A DNA stretch of 64,000 nucleotides from an uncultured Chloroflexia bacterium. GTDB taxonomy: Bacteria > Chloroflexota > Limnocylindria > QHBO01. How positions within the stretch are numbered: position 1 is the first letter of the stretch; each line of letters begins with the position of its first letter. The position numbers and the translations under genes were made by a program. Location: positions 737,564 to 801,563 of the forward strand of contig CAWGUL010000007.1 of assembly GCA_963825905.1 (NCBI GenBank). The letters run 5' to 3'. Under the pieces are notes generated by a model. That model searched no databases and was not told the origin of the DNA. It saw only the letters and a list, made by a program, of their open reading frames with translations. Of this stretch, positions 39,902 through 49,666 are shown in pieces.

Positions 39902-39929
39902 CACGAAAAGGCCGCCGCACTCGGCGACC
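39902..39929 (-). terminator. hairpin + U-tract between map and infA (candidate intrinsic terminator/attenuator)
   Basis: On the minus strand GGTCGCCGagtgCGGCGGCC is followed by TTTTCGTGT; a TATACT -10-like hexamer lies just upstream (about 39948..39943). Confidence 0.35.
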
Positions 39930-39975
39930 CACGGAAGGTGGAGTATACATCAGCGGGGCGCGGACGCACAACGGG

Positions 39976-40767
39976 TCACCCATGGGCGGTCAGCACCTCG
40001 GCCCCGTGCTCGGTGACCGCGATCGTGTTCTCGAAATGGGCCGATGGCCGTCCGTCGCGGGTGACGACGGTCCAGCCGTCGTCGAGCAGCGCCACGTCGT
40101 CGCCGCCGAGGTTGAACATCGGCTCGATCGCGAAGCACATCCCGGCCTCGATCCGCAGCCCCGTCCCCGGCCGTCCATAGTTCGGGACGTTCGGCTCCTC
40201 GTGCATGGCGGTGCCGATCCCGTGGCCGACGAACGGGCGCACGATCCCGTAGTCGTGCGCATGCGCGACCGACTCGATCGCGTGACCGATGTCGCCGAGC
40301 CGGTTGCCGGGCCTGGCGGCGGCGATGCCGGCCTCCATCCCCCGCCGCGTGGCGTCGACGAGCTCGCGCAGCTCGCGCGGGGCGTCGCCGACGAGGTGGG
40401 TGCGCGCGCAGTCGGCGTGCCAGCCGTCCACGATGCAGCCGATGTCGATGCTCACCAGGTCGCCGTCGCCGATCCGGCGCCGTGGGGACGGGATGCCGTG
40501 GACAACCTCGTCGTTGATGCTCGCGCAGATCGAGCCCGGGAACGGCGGATGGCTGCCGTAACCCTTGAACGACGGCACCGCGCCCGCGTCGCGGATCATG
40601 CGCTCGGCGATCTCGTCGAGCGCGCCGGTCGTCACGCCCGGGCGGAGCTCCGCGGCGAGCACGTCGAGGATGTCGGCCAGCAGGCGTCCGGCGCGGCGCA
40701 TGGTCGCGATCTCGTCGGGCCGCTTGATCGTGACGGTCGGATTGCGGTGGCCGAGCGGGATGCCCAT
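39976..40767 (-). CDS. map: methionine aminopeptidase type I
   Basis: 263 aa, metal ligands in HG..D..D..H..E..E context. Confidence 0.95.
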   Translation of the reverse strand: MGIPLGHRNPTVTIKRPDEIATMRRAGRLLADILDVLAAELRPGVTTGALDEIAERMIRDAGAVPSFKGYGSHPPFPGSICASINDEVVHGIPSPRRRIGDGDLVSIDIGCIVDGWHADCARTHLVGDAPRELRELVDATRRGMEAGIAAARPGNRLGDIGHAIESVAHAHDYGIVRPFVGHGIGTAMHEEPNVPNYGRPGTGLRIEAGMCFAIEPMFNLGGDDVALLDDGWTVVTRDGRPSAHFENTIAVTEHGAEVLTAHG

Positions 40768-41468
40768 CAGGCGGACGTTGCGGCGCTCGCGTCGAGCGCG
40801 TCGTGGATGCGGCGGCTGACCTCGGGGATCGGCAGGCGGCCGTCGACGCGGGTGACGACGCCCGCGCCCTCGTAGTGCGCCACCACTGCCTCCATCGGCG
40901 GAATCTGCTTCTCCATCCGCGCTCGGACCACCTCGGGGCGGTCGTCGTCGCGCTGGACGAGTGCGGTCCCCTCCCGGTCGCAGATCCCCGGCGCGCGGGG
41001 CGGATCGGTATCCACGTGGTACGGGGTGCCGCAGGTCGGGCAGACCCAGCGGCCGCTGACGCGGCGGATCAGCTCCTCGGTCGGCACCTCGATGAAGACG
41101 ACGCGGGCGATCTGCTCGCCGTGCTCGGCGAGCGTGGCGTCGAGCGCCTCCGCCTGCCGCACGGTGCGCGGAAAGCCGTCGAGGATCGCGCCCGCTCCCG
41201 CATCGCGCCTGGCGAGGCGCTCCATGACCATGGCGATCGTCAGCTCGTCGGGCACCAGCTCGCCGCGCGCCATGAAGCCGCGCGCCTCCTCACCGAGCGG
41301 GGTGCCGTCGCGCAGCGCCTCGCGGAAGAGGTTGCCGCTCGCGACGTGGGGCAGGGCGAGCTCGCGCGACAGGATCGTCGCCTGGGTGCCCTTGCCGGCA
41401 CCCACGGCCCCGACCAGCAGGACGATCTGCCGGCCGCGCGCCCCCGTCGCGTCGCCGGGGGACGTCAC
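40767..41468 (-). CDS. adk: adenylate kinase (zinc-lid type)
   Basis: GTG 41468 overlaps the secY stop (GTGA). P-loop GAVGAGKGTQA and CPTCG...C..D Zn lid, 233 aa. The rest of ORF 40767..42317 is artefact. Confidence 0.9.
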   Translation of the reverse strand: MTSPGDATGARGRQIVLLVGAVGAGKGTQATILSRELALPHVASGNLFREALRDGTPLGEEARGFMARGELVPDELTIAMVMERLARRDAGAGAILDGFPRTVRQAEALDATLAEHGEQIARVVFIEVPTEELIRRVSGRWVCPTCGTPYHVDTDPPRAPGICDREGTALVQRDDDRPEVVRARMEKQIPPMEAVVAHYEGAGVVTRVDGRLPIPEVSRRIHDALDASAATSA

Positions 41469-42753
41469 CGCATGAAGCCTTCGTAGTGGCGCATCACCAT
41501 CTGCGCCTCGAGCTGCTTCATCGTCTCGACCACCACCGTCACCACGATGAGGATGCTCGTCCCGCCCAGGTTGAGGCCCTGCGTGCCGGGAATGACGTTC
41601 GCCACCACGGTGGGCAGGACCGCGAGCACCCCCAGGAAGACGGCGCCGCCGAGCGTGATGCGGTTGGTGATCCGCGACAGGAACTCCTCGGTCGGACGGC
41701 CGGGCCGGATGCCGGGGATGAAGCCGCCGTTTTTCCGGAGGAAGTCGGCGGTCTGGTCGGGCCGGAACTGGAACGCGGTGTAGAAGTAGGTGAAGAACAC
41801 CACCAGGGTGAAGTACAGGAGGCTGTAGAGCGCCGGGTTCGTCTGCGGCGACAGGTTGGCCGAGATGAACGACGCCACGCCCTTCACCCAGTCGATGCTG
41901 CTGTTCGCGAAGTAGGTGGCGATCTGGGCCGGGAAGAGCAGCAGGCTGATGGCGAAGATGATCGGGATCACGCCCGCCATCGTCACCTTCAGCGGCAGGT
42001 ACTGGGTCTGGCCCTGGTACATGCGCCGCCCCCGGACGCGGCTCGCATACTGGACCGGGATCCGGCGCTGGCCCTCGTTGATGAAGACGACGCCAGCGAT
42101 GACGATCACCGCCAGGATGATGAACGGGATGATGCGGGTCAGCCCATCCGGGCCGGTGACGATCGGTCCCGCCTGGTGCGGGATGCGGCCGACGATGCCG
42201 GCGAAGATGATGAAGCTGATGCCGTTCCCCAGGCCGCGCTCGCTGATGAGCTCGCCGAGCCACATGAGCAGGATCGTGCCGGCGGTGAAGCTCAGCAGCA
42301 GGGAGAAGGTCTCCCACGAGAAGAAGCTCGTCGAGCCGGGATGACGCCGGCGTTCGAGAGGATGATGCTGAAGCCGAAGCCCTGGGCGAACGCCAGCGGG
42401 ACGGTCAGCAGGCGGGTGTACTGGTTGAGCTTGTTGCGCCCGTACTCGCCCTCACGCGCCAGCTCGCCCAGGCTGGGGATGACCCCCTGCATGAGCTGCA
42501 TGATGATGCTGGCGTTGATGTAGGGGTTCACCCCCATGCCGATGATCGACGCGGTGGCCAGGCCACCGCCGCTGAACAGGTCGATCAGGCTGAGCAGCTG
42601 GTTCGAGTCGAAGAGCGACTTCAGCTGCGCCTGGTTGACGTTCGGCACCGGGACGTTGGTCAGGATCCGGAAGATCAACAGGATGAAGAGGGTGAACAGC
42701 ACCTTGCGCCGGATGTCCGGCGCGCGGAAGGCGTTGACGAGCGACTCGATCAC
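41465..42753 (-). CDS. secY: preprotein translocase SecY, reading frame interrupted once (about 42333-42341)
   Basis: The N-terminal part (MIESLVNAFRAPDIRRKVLFTLFILLIFRI... from GTG 42753) is in the frame of ORF 42292..43416. The C-terminal part (FSLLLSFTAGTILLMWLGELISERGLGNGISFIIFAGIV...) is in the frame of ORF 41465..42265. Hand translation places a +1 frame change at the ccggg run. Confidence 0.85.
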
Positions 42754-43416
42754 GCGTCGGGCTCGCTCCTCACCGGCCTCGGCCGGCTCGTCATCGGCCG
42801 CCTCGGCCGGCTCCGTCTTCGCGCGCGACGGGGCGATCGTCTCGGTCGGAGCCTCGCCGGAGGCGCGTGCCCGGGCCTCGGCACGGCCCGCCTTCGTCTT
42901 GGCATGGGTCGCGCTCGCCTCGGCGGCATCGGTCTCATCGTCGACGGGGGCGTTCTCCGGCCAGCTGATGCGCTGGGCGGTGGAGCCGGCGGCGGCGAGC
43001 TTGTCGAGCGCGGTGCGGGTGAAGGCATGGGCATGGATCGTCACGCCCTTCGGCGCGTCGCCGCTGCCGAGCACCTTGAGCGGCATCGGGCGCGTCTTCT
43101 GAACGCGGACGAGCTGGTCGTGGTCGAGCGTGTCCGGCGTGATGAGGACGCCCTTCTCCGCCTCGCTCAGCTGGGCGAGGTTGATGGTGGCGTACTCGAC
43201 GCGGAAGCGGTTCTTGAAGCCGTGAAGCTTCGGGGTGCGAACGTGGAGCGGGGTCTGACCGCCCTCGAACCAGGCAGGGATGCCGCCACCGGCACGCGCC
43301 TTCTGGCCCTTCGTGCCCCGGCCGGCGGTCTTGCCGCGGCCCGAGCCGTGTCCGCGCCCCACGCGCCGCGCCGGCTTGTGCGAGCCGGGCGTGGGCTGGA
43401 GGTCGTGGATCTTCAT
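42754..43416 (-). CDS. rplO: 50S ribosomal protein L15 with about 70-aa Ala/Glu-rich C-terminal extension; no stop codon before secY in this frame
   Basis: MKIHDLQPTPGSHKPARRVGRGHGSGRGKTAGRGTKGQKARAGGG... is canonical L15 to about residue 151 (AAAGSTAQRIS). It then continues in-frame through WPENAPVDDETDAAEAS...AEAGEERARR into the SecY N-terminus, and GC3 stays high through the linker. Confidence 0.75.
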
Positions 43417-43425
43417 GTGGACGGT

Positions 43426-43623
43426 CTACTCCTTCTCTGCCGCGCTGCCGACCGGTTCCTCGACGCTGAGAAGGAACGCGACCCGGCGCAGCATGCCCCG
43501 GTTTTCCGGGGTGTCGGCGATCTCGACGGTCTGGTGGAGCCGATGGAGGCCGAGCGCGCGGATCGTGCCACGCGCCGCCGCCTTGTGACCGATGGTGGAG
43601 CGCACCCAGGTCACGCGCAGCAT
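43426..43623 (-). CDS. rpmD: 50S ribosomal protein L30
   Basis: ATG 43623 gives a 65-aa [56 protein letters not shown]; the upstream 39 codons are Arg-rich and were rejected. Confidence 0.85.
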   Translation of the reverse strand: MLRVTWVRSTIGHKAAARGTIRALGLHRLHQTVEIADTPENRGMLRRVAFLLSVEEPVGSAAEKE

Positions 43624-43648
43624 CGGCCCGGAGGACTTCGCCTTGCGC

Positions 43649-44242
43649 TCAGCGGCCACGTCCACCTCCCGGCCCGCCGAAGGCCGGCTGCGCCGGTCGC
43701 TCGGGGATCTCGTGCGGGCGGCGCGACGCCTCGGCGCCACGCTTGCCGAGCAGCTGCTCGGCGGTCTTGCCGCGGATGCCGGCCAGCTCGTCGGCGGAGC
43801 GCAGGCTGCGCAGCGCCTCGACCGTGGCGCGGACGACGTTGATCGGGTTGTTGCTGCCCATGCTCTTGCTGAGCAGGTCGCGGATCCCGGCCGCCTCGAC
43901 CACCGAGCGCACGCTGCCGCCGGCGATGACGCCGGTGCCCGGCGAGGCCGGCTTCAGCATGACGCGTGCGGCGCCGAAGTTCGTCGTCACCTCGTGCGGG
44001 ATCGAGCTTCCGACGAGCGGCGCGCGGACGAGGTGCTTCTTCGCGTCCTCGACGCCCTTGCGGATCGCCTCGGGAACCTCGTTCGCCTTGCCGAGCCCGG
44101 CTCCCACCACGCCGTTGCCGTCACCGACGACGACGACCGCGGAGAAGCTGAAGCGGCGACCACCGCGGACGACCTTCGCCACGCGGTTGATCTGGACGAC
44201 CTTCTCTTCGAGCGCCAGCTTCGACGCATCGATTCGTGCCAT
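43649..44242 (-). CDS. rpsE: 30S ribosomal protein S5
   Basis: 197 aa, S5 dsRBD and C-terminal domains, Gly/Arg tail. Confidence 0.95.
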   Translation of the reverse strand: MARIDASKLALEEKVVQINRVAKVVRGGRRFSFSAVVVVGDGNGVVGAGLGKANEVPEAIRKGVEDAKKHLVRAPLVGSSIPHEVTTNFGAARVMLKPASPGTGVIAGGSVRSVVEAAGIRDLLSKSMGSNNPINVVRATVEALRSLRSADELAGIRGKTAEQLLGKRGAEASRRPHEIPERPAQPAFGGPGGGRGR

Positions 44243-44261
44243 GTGCGGTGCTCCTTTCGCC

Positions 44262-44618
44262 CTACAGGTCGAGGCCGCCCTCGCGGGCGCCCTCGGCGAG
44301 CGAGCGGACCCGCCCGTGGTAGCGATACCCGCCCCGGTCCAGCACGACGGTGCTCACGCCGGCCGCCTTGGCCCGCGAGGCGAGCGCCTTGCCCACCGCG
44401 CGTGCTGCGTCGACCTTGAGACCGGTGGCGAGATCCGCCTCCCGGCTCGAGGCCGCCGCCAGGGTGCGGCCGCTGGTGTCGTCGATGACCTGGGCGTAGA
44501 TGAATTTCGCGCTGCGGAAGATGGAGAGGCGCGGTCGCTCGGCGCTGCCGGAGATTCGGAGGCGCAGGCGCTCGTGCCGCTTGCGACGGAGGCCGTCGCG
44601 CGATGTCTTCTTGATCAT
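44262..44618 (-). CDS. rplR: 50S ribosomal protein L18
   Basis: ATG 44618 gives [24 protein letters not shown]...; the alternative GTG 44633 lies inside the rplF stop region. Confidence 0.9.
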   Translation of the reverse strand: MIKKTSRDGLRRKRHERLRLRISGSAERPRLSIFRSAKFIYAQVIDDTSGRTLAAASSREADLATGLKVDAARAVGKALASRAKAAGVSTVVLDRGGYRYHGRVRSLAEGAREGGLDL

Positions 44619-44622
44619 GTGG

Positions 44623-45176
44623 TTACTTCCCACCCCCGACCTTGCCGGCCTTGCCGGCCTTGCGGAGGATCTGCTCGCCGGCGTAGCGGATGCCCTTGCC
44701 CTTGTAGGGCTCCGGCTTGCGCTGCTGGCGGATGTAGGCGGCGGTCTGGCCGACGAGCTCCTTGTCGGCGCCGAACACGGCGAGCCGCGTCGGGGTGTCG
44801 ACCCGGAACTCGATGCCGGCTGGCGGATTCACCTCGACCGGATGCGAGTAGCCGAGGGCCAGGACGAGCTTCTCGCCCTGGAGCTGGGCGCGGTAGCCGA
44901 CGCCCGGCGATCTCGAGGTTCTTCGTGAAGCCGGTCGTCACGCCGGTCACCATGTTGGCGACGAGCGTGCGGGTCAGGCCGTGGAGGGCACGGTGCTTCG
45001 GCTCGTCGCTGGGACGGACGACCCGCAGCTCGCCGTTCGCGCGCTCGACGCGTCATCTCGGGGTGGATCTCACGCGAGAGCTCGCCGAGCGGGCCCTTGA
45101 CGCGCAGCGTCCGGCCCTCCTGGACGATCTCGACGTTGTCGGGCAGGGCGACCGGCAGTCGACCGATTCGGGACAT
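44623..45176 (-). CDS. rplF: 50S ribosomal protein L6, reading frame interrupted twice (about 45045-45056 and about 44899-44906)
   Basis: Three track ORFs in three frames cover it. N-terminus is [41 protein letters not shown] (44829..45176). The middle is [49 protein letters not shown] (frame of 44615..44953). C-terminus is [35 protein letters not shown]...[18 protein letters not shown] (44623..44832). Each junction is repaired by removing one C (minus-strand sense). Confidence 0.85.
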
Positions 45177-45187
45177 GCGCTCGCTCC

Positions 45188-45586
45188 TTACCAGACGTAG
45201 CAGAGGACCTCGCCGCCGAGATTCAGCTTCCGGGCCTGCGACCCGGTCATGATCCCGCGGGAGGTGGAGAGGACGGCGATCCCGAGTCCGCCGAGGACGC
45301 GCGGGATCTCGGTCTTGCGCGCATAGACGCGCAGGCCAGGCTTGCTGATGCGCTTCAGGCCGCTGACGACCGGCGTCTTGCCCTCGACGTACTTGAGATG
45401 CATGGTCAGCATCTCCTGCACGCCATCGGCGGCCGTGTCGAACGAGTCGATGAAGCCCTCCTCGACGAGGATGCGAGCGAGCTCGCGCTTCACCTTGCTC
45501 GACGGGAGCGTCACCTCGCGATGGCGCGCTGCGCTGGCGTTGCGGACGCGCGTGAGCATGTCCGCGATCGGGTCGGTTACGTTCAT
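45188..45586 (-). CDS. rpsH: 30S ribosomal protein S8
   Basis: 132 aa canonical S8 with a GAGGAGA SD upstream. Confidence 0.95.
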   Translation of the reverse strand: MNVTDPIADMLTRVRNASAARHREVTLPSSKVKRELARILVEEGFIDSFDTAADGVQEMLTMHLKYVEGKTPVVSGLKRISKPGLRVYARKTEIPRVLGGLGIAVLSTSRGIMTGSQARKLNLGGEVLCYVW

Positions 45587-45695
45587 CGGTGTGTGTGCTG
45601 TCTCCTCGGCGGCGGTTCGCTCCCGGCCCTACCCGGGTGGCGCCTGCCGCTGATGCGGCCGCCGTCCTCGGCGACCATCGGTCCTTTCGGGTGAG

Positions 45696-45881
45696 CTACC
45701 AGCTCGACTTCGTCACGCCCGGCAGCAGGCCCTCGAGGGCTCGCTCCCGGAAGCAGATCCGGCAGAGGGCGAAGCGCCGCATGTAGCCACGCGGACGGCC
45801 GCAGACAGCACAGCGATTGTGCTGGCGGACGCCGAATCGCGGCGTGCGCTTGGACTTCGCGATACTCGACTTCTTGGCCAT
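45696..45881 (-). CDS. rpsZ: 30S ribosomal protein S14 type Z (zinc-binding)
   Basis: 61 aa [61 protein letters not shown] with a C4 motif. The rest of ORF 45696..46166 was rejected. Confidence 0.9.
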   Translation of the reverse strand: MAKKSSIAKSKRTPRFGVRQHNRCAVCGRPRGYMRRFALCRICFRERALEGLLPGVTKSSW

Positions 45882-45897
45882 GTCGGTGTGGGTACCC

Positions 45898-46614
45898 CTA
45901 ACTCGCCTGGAACGGCATGCCCAGGAGCTCGAGGAGCTTGCGCCCCTCCTCGTCGGTGCGTGCCGTGGTGACGATGCTGATCTCGAGCCCGCGGAGCCGA
46001 TCGATCTTGTCGTAGTCGATCTCCGGGTAGACGAGCTGCTCGCGCAGCCCCAGGCTGAAGTTGCCGCGGCCGTCGAAGCTGCGCGTCGGGATGCCGCGGA
46101 AGTCGCGGATCCGTGGCAGCGCCAGCGACAGCGTGCGCTCGAGGAAGTCGTACATGCGCTGGCCACGGAGCGTGACCTTGGCGCCGATCGGCATGCCGGT
46201 CCGCAGGCGGAACTGGGCGATGCTGCGCTTGGCGCGGGTCACGATCGGCTTCTGGCCGGTGATCGTGGTCAGGTCGCCGACCGCGGCGTCGAGCGCCTTC
46301 GCGTTCGCGATCGCCTCGCCGAGGCCGATGTTCACGATGACCTTCTCGAGACGCGGGACCTCCATCGGGTTCGTGTAGCTGAACTCGCGGCGCAGGGCCG
46401 GCGCGACGTCGTCGTGGTAGCGCTGGCGCAGGCCGTGGTACACCGGCGGCGCGAACGTGCCCTTCTCGGCGCGTGCGGCCGTTCGCGTCGGAGCCGCCGC
46501 GGCCGACGTGCTCGCGGCAGCGCCGTCCGTCGTCCTGCGACGGGTGGGCTTCGGCGCGGCCTTCGCCTCGGCCTTCGGCTTCGGCGCGGCCTTTGGCTTC
46601 GTCTCGGGACTCAC
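45898..46614 (-). CDS. rplE: 50S ribosomal protein L5 with about 55-aa Lys/Ala/Pro-rich N-terminal extension
   Basis: GTG 46614 overlaps the rplX stop (GTGA). The conserved L5 core starts about [44 protein letters not shown]. Alternative GTG start at 46443 without the extension. Confidence 0.85.
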   Translation of the reverse strand: MSPETKPKAAPKPKAEAKAAPKPTRRRTTDGAAASTSAAAAPTRTAARAEKGTFAPPVYHGLRQRYHDDVAPALRREFSYTNPMEVPRLEKVIVNIGLGEAIANAKALDAAVGDLTTITGQKPIVTRAKRSIAQFRLRTGMPIGAKVTLRGQRMYDFLERTLSLALPRIRDFRGIPTRSFDGRGNFSLGLREQLVYPEIDYDKIDRLRGLEISIVTTARTDEEGRKLLELLGMPFQAS

Positions 46615-46943
46615 TTCGTGCTCACCTCCATCTGCTCGCCGCACTGCTTGCAGACCCGGACCCGGCGCCCGTCCTCGAGCTGCGCATGACCGACGCGGGT
46701 CGGCTTGTTGCAGCGCGGACAGACGACCTGGACGTTGCTGATGTGCAGCGGCACCGGCAGATCGAGGATCCCGCCGGACTGCGTGCGCTGCCGCGCGCGC
46801 TGATGCTTGCGGGCCATGTTGATGCCCGGGATCACGATCCCGAGCCCGCGCTTCGTGCGCTCGACCCGGTCGACGGTGCCCCGCTTGCCGCGGTCCTTGC
46901 CGGCCAGCACGACGACGGTGTCGCCCTTGCGAACGTTCGCCAT
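46611..46943 (-). CDS. rplX: 50S ribosomal protein L24 with C-terminal Cys4 zinc-ribbon (CPRC...CKQC)
   Basis: KOW motif ([19 protein letters not shown]) then [12 protein letters not shown]...RVCKQCGEQ, 110 aa. Confidence 0.9.
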   Translation of the reverse strand: MANVRKGDTVVVLAGKDRGKRGTVDRVERTKRGLGIVIPGINMARKHQRARQRTQSGGILDLPVPLHISNVQVVCPRCNKPTRVGHAQLEDGRRVRVCKQCGEQMEVSTK

Positions 46944-46944
46944 G

Positions 46945-47313
46945 TCAGAGGACCTCCGGAGCGAGCGAGACGATCTTCATGTAGTTGCGCTCGCGCAGCT
47001 CGCGGGCGACCGGCCCGAAGATGCGCGTGCCGCGCGGGTTGCCCTGCGGGGTGATGAGGACGGCGGCGTTCTCGTCGAAGCGGATGTGGCTGCCATCCGG
47101 GCGGCCGTACTCCTTCGCGGTGCGCACCACCACGGCGCGCACGACATCGCCCTTCTTCACCCCCGAGTTCGGGAGCGCCTGCTTCACGCTGGCCACGATG
47201 ACGTCACCCACCTCGGCGGTGTCGCTCTGCGAGCGGCCGATGACGGTGATGCACATCAGCGTCCGCGCGCCGGTGTTGTCGGCCACGCGCAGCCTGCTGT
47301 ACTGACGGATCAT
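46945..47313 (-). CDS. rplN: 50S ribosomal protein L14
   Basis: 122 aa canonical L14. Confidence 0.95.
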   Translation of the reverse strand: MIRQYSRLRVADNTGARTLMCITVIGRSQSDTAEVGDVIVASVKQALPNSGVKKGDVVRAVVVRTAKEYGRPDGSHIRFDENAAVLITPQGNPRGTRIFGPVARELRERNYMKIVSLAPEVL

Positions 47314-47586
47314 CTAGCCCACCAGCTCCTCGTGGGAGCCCCGCGCGACGATCTCGACGACGCGCCAGCGCTTCTCACGGGAGAGCGGGCGGCTCTCCTC
47401 GATGCGCACCGTGTCGCCGACCCTGGCGGAATTCTCCTCGTCGTGCGCCTTGAACTTGCTCGAGAGGCGAACGACCCGCTTGTAGATCGGGTGCCGCCGG
47501 AGCCGCTCAACGCTGACCACGACCGTCTTGTCCATCTTGTCGGACACCACGCGTCCGGTCTTGCTTCGTCGCTTGCCCTGCATCAA
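47314..47586 (-). CDS. rpsQ: 30S ribosomal protein S17
   Basis: 90 aa, [17 protein letters not shown]. Confidence 0.95.
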   Translation of the reverse strand: MMQGKRRSKTGRVVSDKMDKTVVVSVERLRRHPIYKRVVRLSSKFKAHDEENSARVGDTVRIEESRPLSREKRWRVVEIVARGSHEELVG

Positions 47587-47807
47587 CTGGCCTTTTCCAC
47601 GTCAGCGGCCGCGGGGGCGGAGCGCTGGCGTTCGGTCATCACGGTGAGGATGCGAGCGATCCGTCGTCGGGTCGCCGGCAGCCTGCTGTAGTTCTTTTCC
47701 TGGCGGGTCGCGAGGTCGAAGCGGATCTTCCACAGCTCCTGCTTCGCATCCACGAGCGCCCGCTCGAGATCGGTGTCGGAGAGCCCTCGGATCTCACTGA
47801 TGTCCAT
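47583..47807 (-). CDS. rpmC: 50S ribosomal protein L29
   Basis: 74 aa helical L29 ([26 protein letters not shown]). Confidence 0.9.
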   Translation of the reverse strand: MDISEIRGLSDTDLERALVDAKQELWKIRFDLATRQEKNYSRLPATRRRIARILTVMTERQRSAPAAADVEKAS

Positions 47808-48222
47808 GGTCGAGGCCCTCCTTCATCACGAACCGGGTGTTGATCGGCAGCTTGTGGCTCGCGAGGCGCATCGCCTCGCGCGCGATCGGCTCCGGCACGC
47901 CGGACATCTCGAACATCACGCGACCGGGCTTGACGACCGCCACCCAGTGGTCGGGCGCGCCCTTGCCGGAGCCCATGCGGACCTCGGCCGGCTTCTTCGT
48001 GACCGGCTTGTCCGGGAAGACCCGGATCCAAACCCGGCCGCCTCGCTTGATGTGGTGGGTCATCGCCCGTCGGGCGGCCTCGATCTGGCGGCTCGTGAGC
48101 CAGCAGACCTCCTCCGCCATGAGGCCGAAGTCGCCGAAGCTCACGGCGGTGCCGCCCTTCGCCATCCCGGCGCGGCGGCCACGCTGGACCTTGCGGTGCT
48201 TGACCCGCTTTGGCATCAGCAT
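47794..48222 (-). CDS. rplP: 50S ribosomal protein L16
   Basis: ATG 48222 gives [24 protein letters not shown]..., 142 aa; upstream ORF extension rejected. Confidence 0.95.
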   Translation of the reverse strand: MLMPKRVKHRKVQRGRRAGMAKGGTAVSFGDFGLMAEEVCWLTSRQIEAARRAMTHHIKRGGRVWIRVFPDKPVTKKPAEVRMGSGKGAPDHWVAVVKPGRVMFEMSGVPEPIAREAMRLASHKLPINTRFVMKEGLDHGHQ

Positions 48223-48224
48223 CG

Positions 48225-49022
48225 TTACGCCTCCTCGGCCGGTGCGACCGGCTCGCCGGCCGGGGCCTCGGTCGCTGCCGCGGTGGCGGCGCCCGCCGTG
48301 GCGCGCTCGGTCGTGCGCGGGCTGCGGGTGCGGGTGCCGGCACGGGTCGGCCGCTGGCGCGGCTCGCGGGGCTCGGTGCGCGCGCTGCCGGGCTTGTCGC
48401 CGAGCTGCTCGCCCCGATACACCCACACCTTCACCCCGATGCGGCCGTAGGTGGTGCGCGCGTGGACCACGCCGTAGCTGATGTCCGCGCGGAGCGTCCC
48501 CAACGGGATGCGGCCTTCGCGGTCCCATTCAGTGCGGCTCATCTCCGACCCGCCGAGGCGCCCGGAGACCTGGATCTTCACGCCCTTTGCGCCGGCCTTG
48601 ATGGTGCGCTGGATCGACTGCTTGATCGCCTTGCGGAACGCGATCCGGCGCTCGAGCTGGCCGGCCACGTTCTGGGCGACGAGCATGCCGTCGAGCTCGG
48701 GCTGGAGGATCTCCTTGATCTCGAGCTTGACCTTCTTGTTCGTCTGCTTGCCGATGTTGTTGCGCAGGGCGTCGACATTCGCGCCGCCCTTGCCGATGAC
48801 GATGCCCGGCTTCGCGGTATGGACCGTGACCGTGACATGGTTGATGCCACGCTCGATCTCGACCTGGCTGACGCTGGCGTTGCTGAGCTGCTTGGCGACG
48901 AGCTGCCGGATCCGCATGTCCTCCTGCAGCAGGGTGGCGTAGTCGCGATCCGCGTACCACTTCGCCAGCCAGGGCTTGATGACACCGATCCGGAAGCCGT
49001 ACGGGTGAACCTTGTGACCCAT
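48225..49022 (-). CDS. rpsC: 30S ribosomal protein S3 (with Pro/Arg/Ala-rich C-terminal tail)
   Basis: 265 aa with KH and S3-C domains plus an approximately 50-aa tail. Confidence 0.95.
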   Translation of the reverse strand: MGHKVHPYGFRIGVIKPWLAKWYADRDYATLLQEDMRIRQLVAKQLSNASVSQVEIERGINHVTVTVHTAKPGIVIGKGGANVDALRNNIGKQTNKKVKLEIKEILQPELDGMLVAQNVAGQLERRIAFRKAIKQSIQRTIKAGAKGVKIQVSGRLGGSEMSRTEWDREGRIPLGTLRADISYGVVHARTTYGRIGVKVWVYRGEQLGDKPGSARTEPREPRQRPTRAGTRTRSPRTTERATAGAATAAATEAPAGEPVAPAEEA

Positions 49023-49363
49023 CAGGCCTCCTCTCGGTCAGCCACGGCGACCGTGATGTGGCTGGTCCGCTTCAGAATCTGGAAATAGCGCCCCTGCGCG
49101 CGGGGTCGCCCGCGCTTGAGGGTCGGTCCCTCGTTGGCCACCGCGCTCACCACGGTGAGCTCGTCGGCCGAGAGGTTGTAGTTGTTCTCCGCGTTGGCGG
49201 TGGCGCTCTTCAGCACCTTCGCCACGTCGCGCGCCGCGCCGTTCGGCAGGAAGCGCAGGATCGCCGCGGCCTCCTCGACCGGCTTGCCGGCGATGAGGTC
49301 CGTCACGAGACGCACTTTGCGCGGGCTGATGCGCACGTACTTGGCGGTTGCGGTCACTCGCAT
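49022..49363 (-). CDS. rplV: 50S ribosomal protein L22
   Basis: 113 aa canonical L22. Confidence 0.95.
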   Translation of the reverse strand: MRVTATAKYVRISPRKVRLVTDLIAGKPVEEAAAILRFLPNGAARDVAKVLKSATANAENNYNLSADELTVVSAVANEGPTLKRGRPRAQGRYFQILKRTSHITVAVADREEA

Positions 49364-49372
49364 CGGTCTCGC

Positions 49373-49657
49373 CTACTTCAGCGCCGAGCTGCGCTCGGTC
49401 GCCTTGCCGTGCCCGCGGTAGGTGCGGGTCGGCGCGAACTCGCCGAGGCGGTGCCCGACCATGTTCTCGGTGACGAAGACCGGCACGTGGCGACGCCCGT
49501 CATGGACGGCGATCGTGTGCCCGATCATCTGCGGGAAGATCACGCTCGCGCGCGACCAGGTCTTCAGCACCTTGCGCTCGTTGCGCTTGTTCATGTCGTC
49601 GACGCGGCCGAGCAGGCGCGCATCGACGAACGGTCCCTTCTTGACGGAACGACTCAT
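49373..49657 (-). CDS. rpsS: 30S ribosomal protein S19
   Basis: 94 aa canonical S19. Confidence 0.95.
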   Translation of the reverse strand: MSRSVKKGPFVDARLLGRVDDMNKRNERKVLKTWSRASVIFPQMIGHTIAVHDGRRHVPVFVTENMVGHRLGEFAPTRTYRGHGKATERSSALK

Positions 49658-49666
49658 CGCGCTCTC

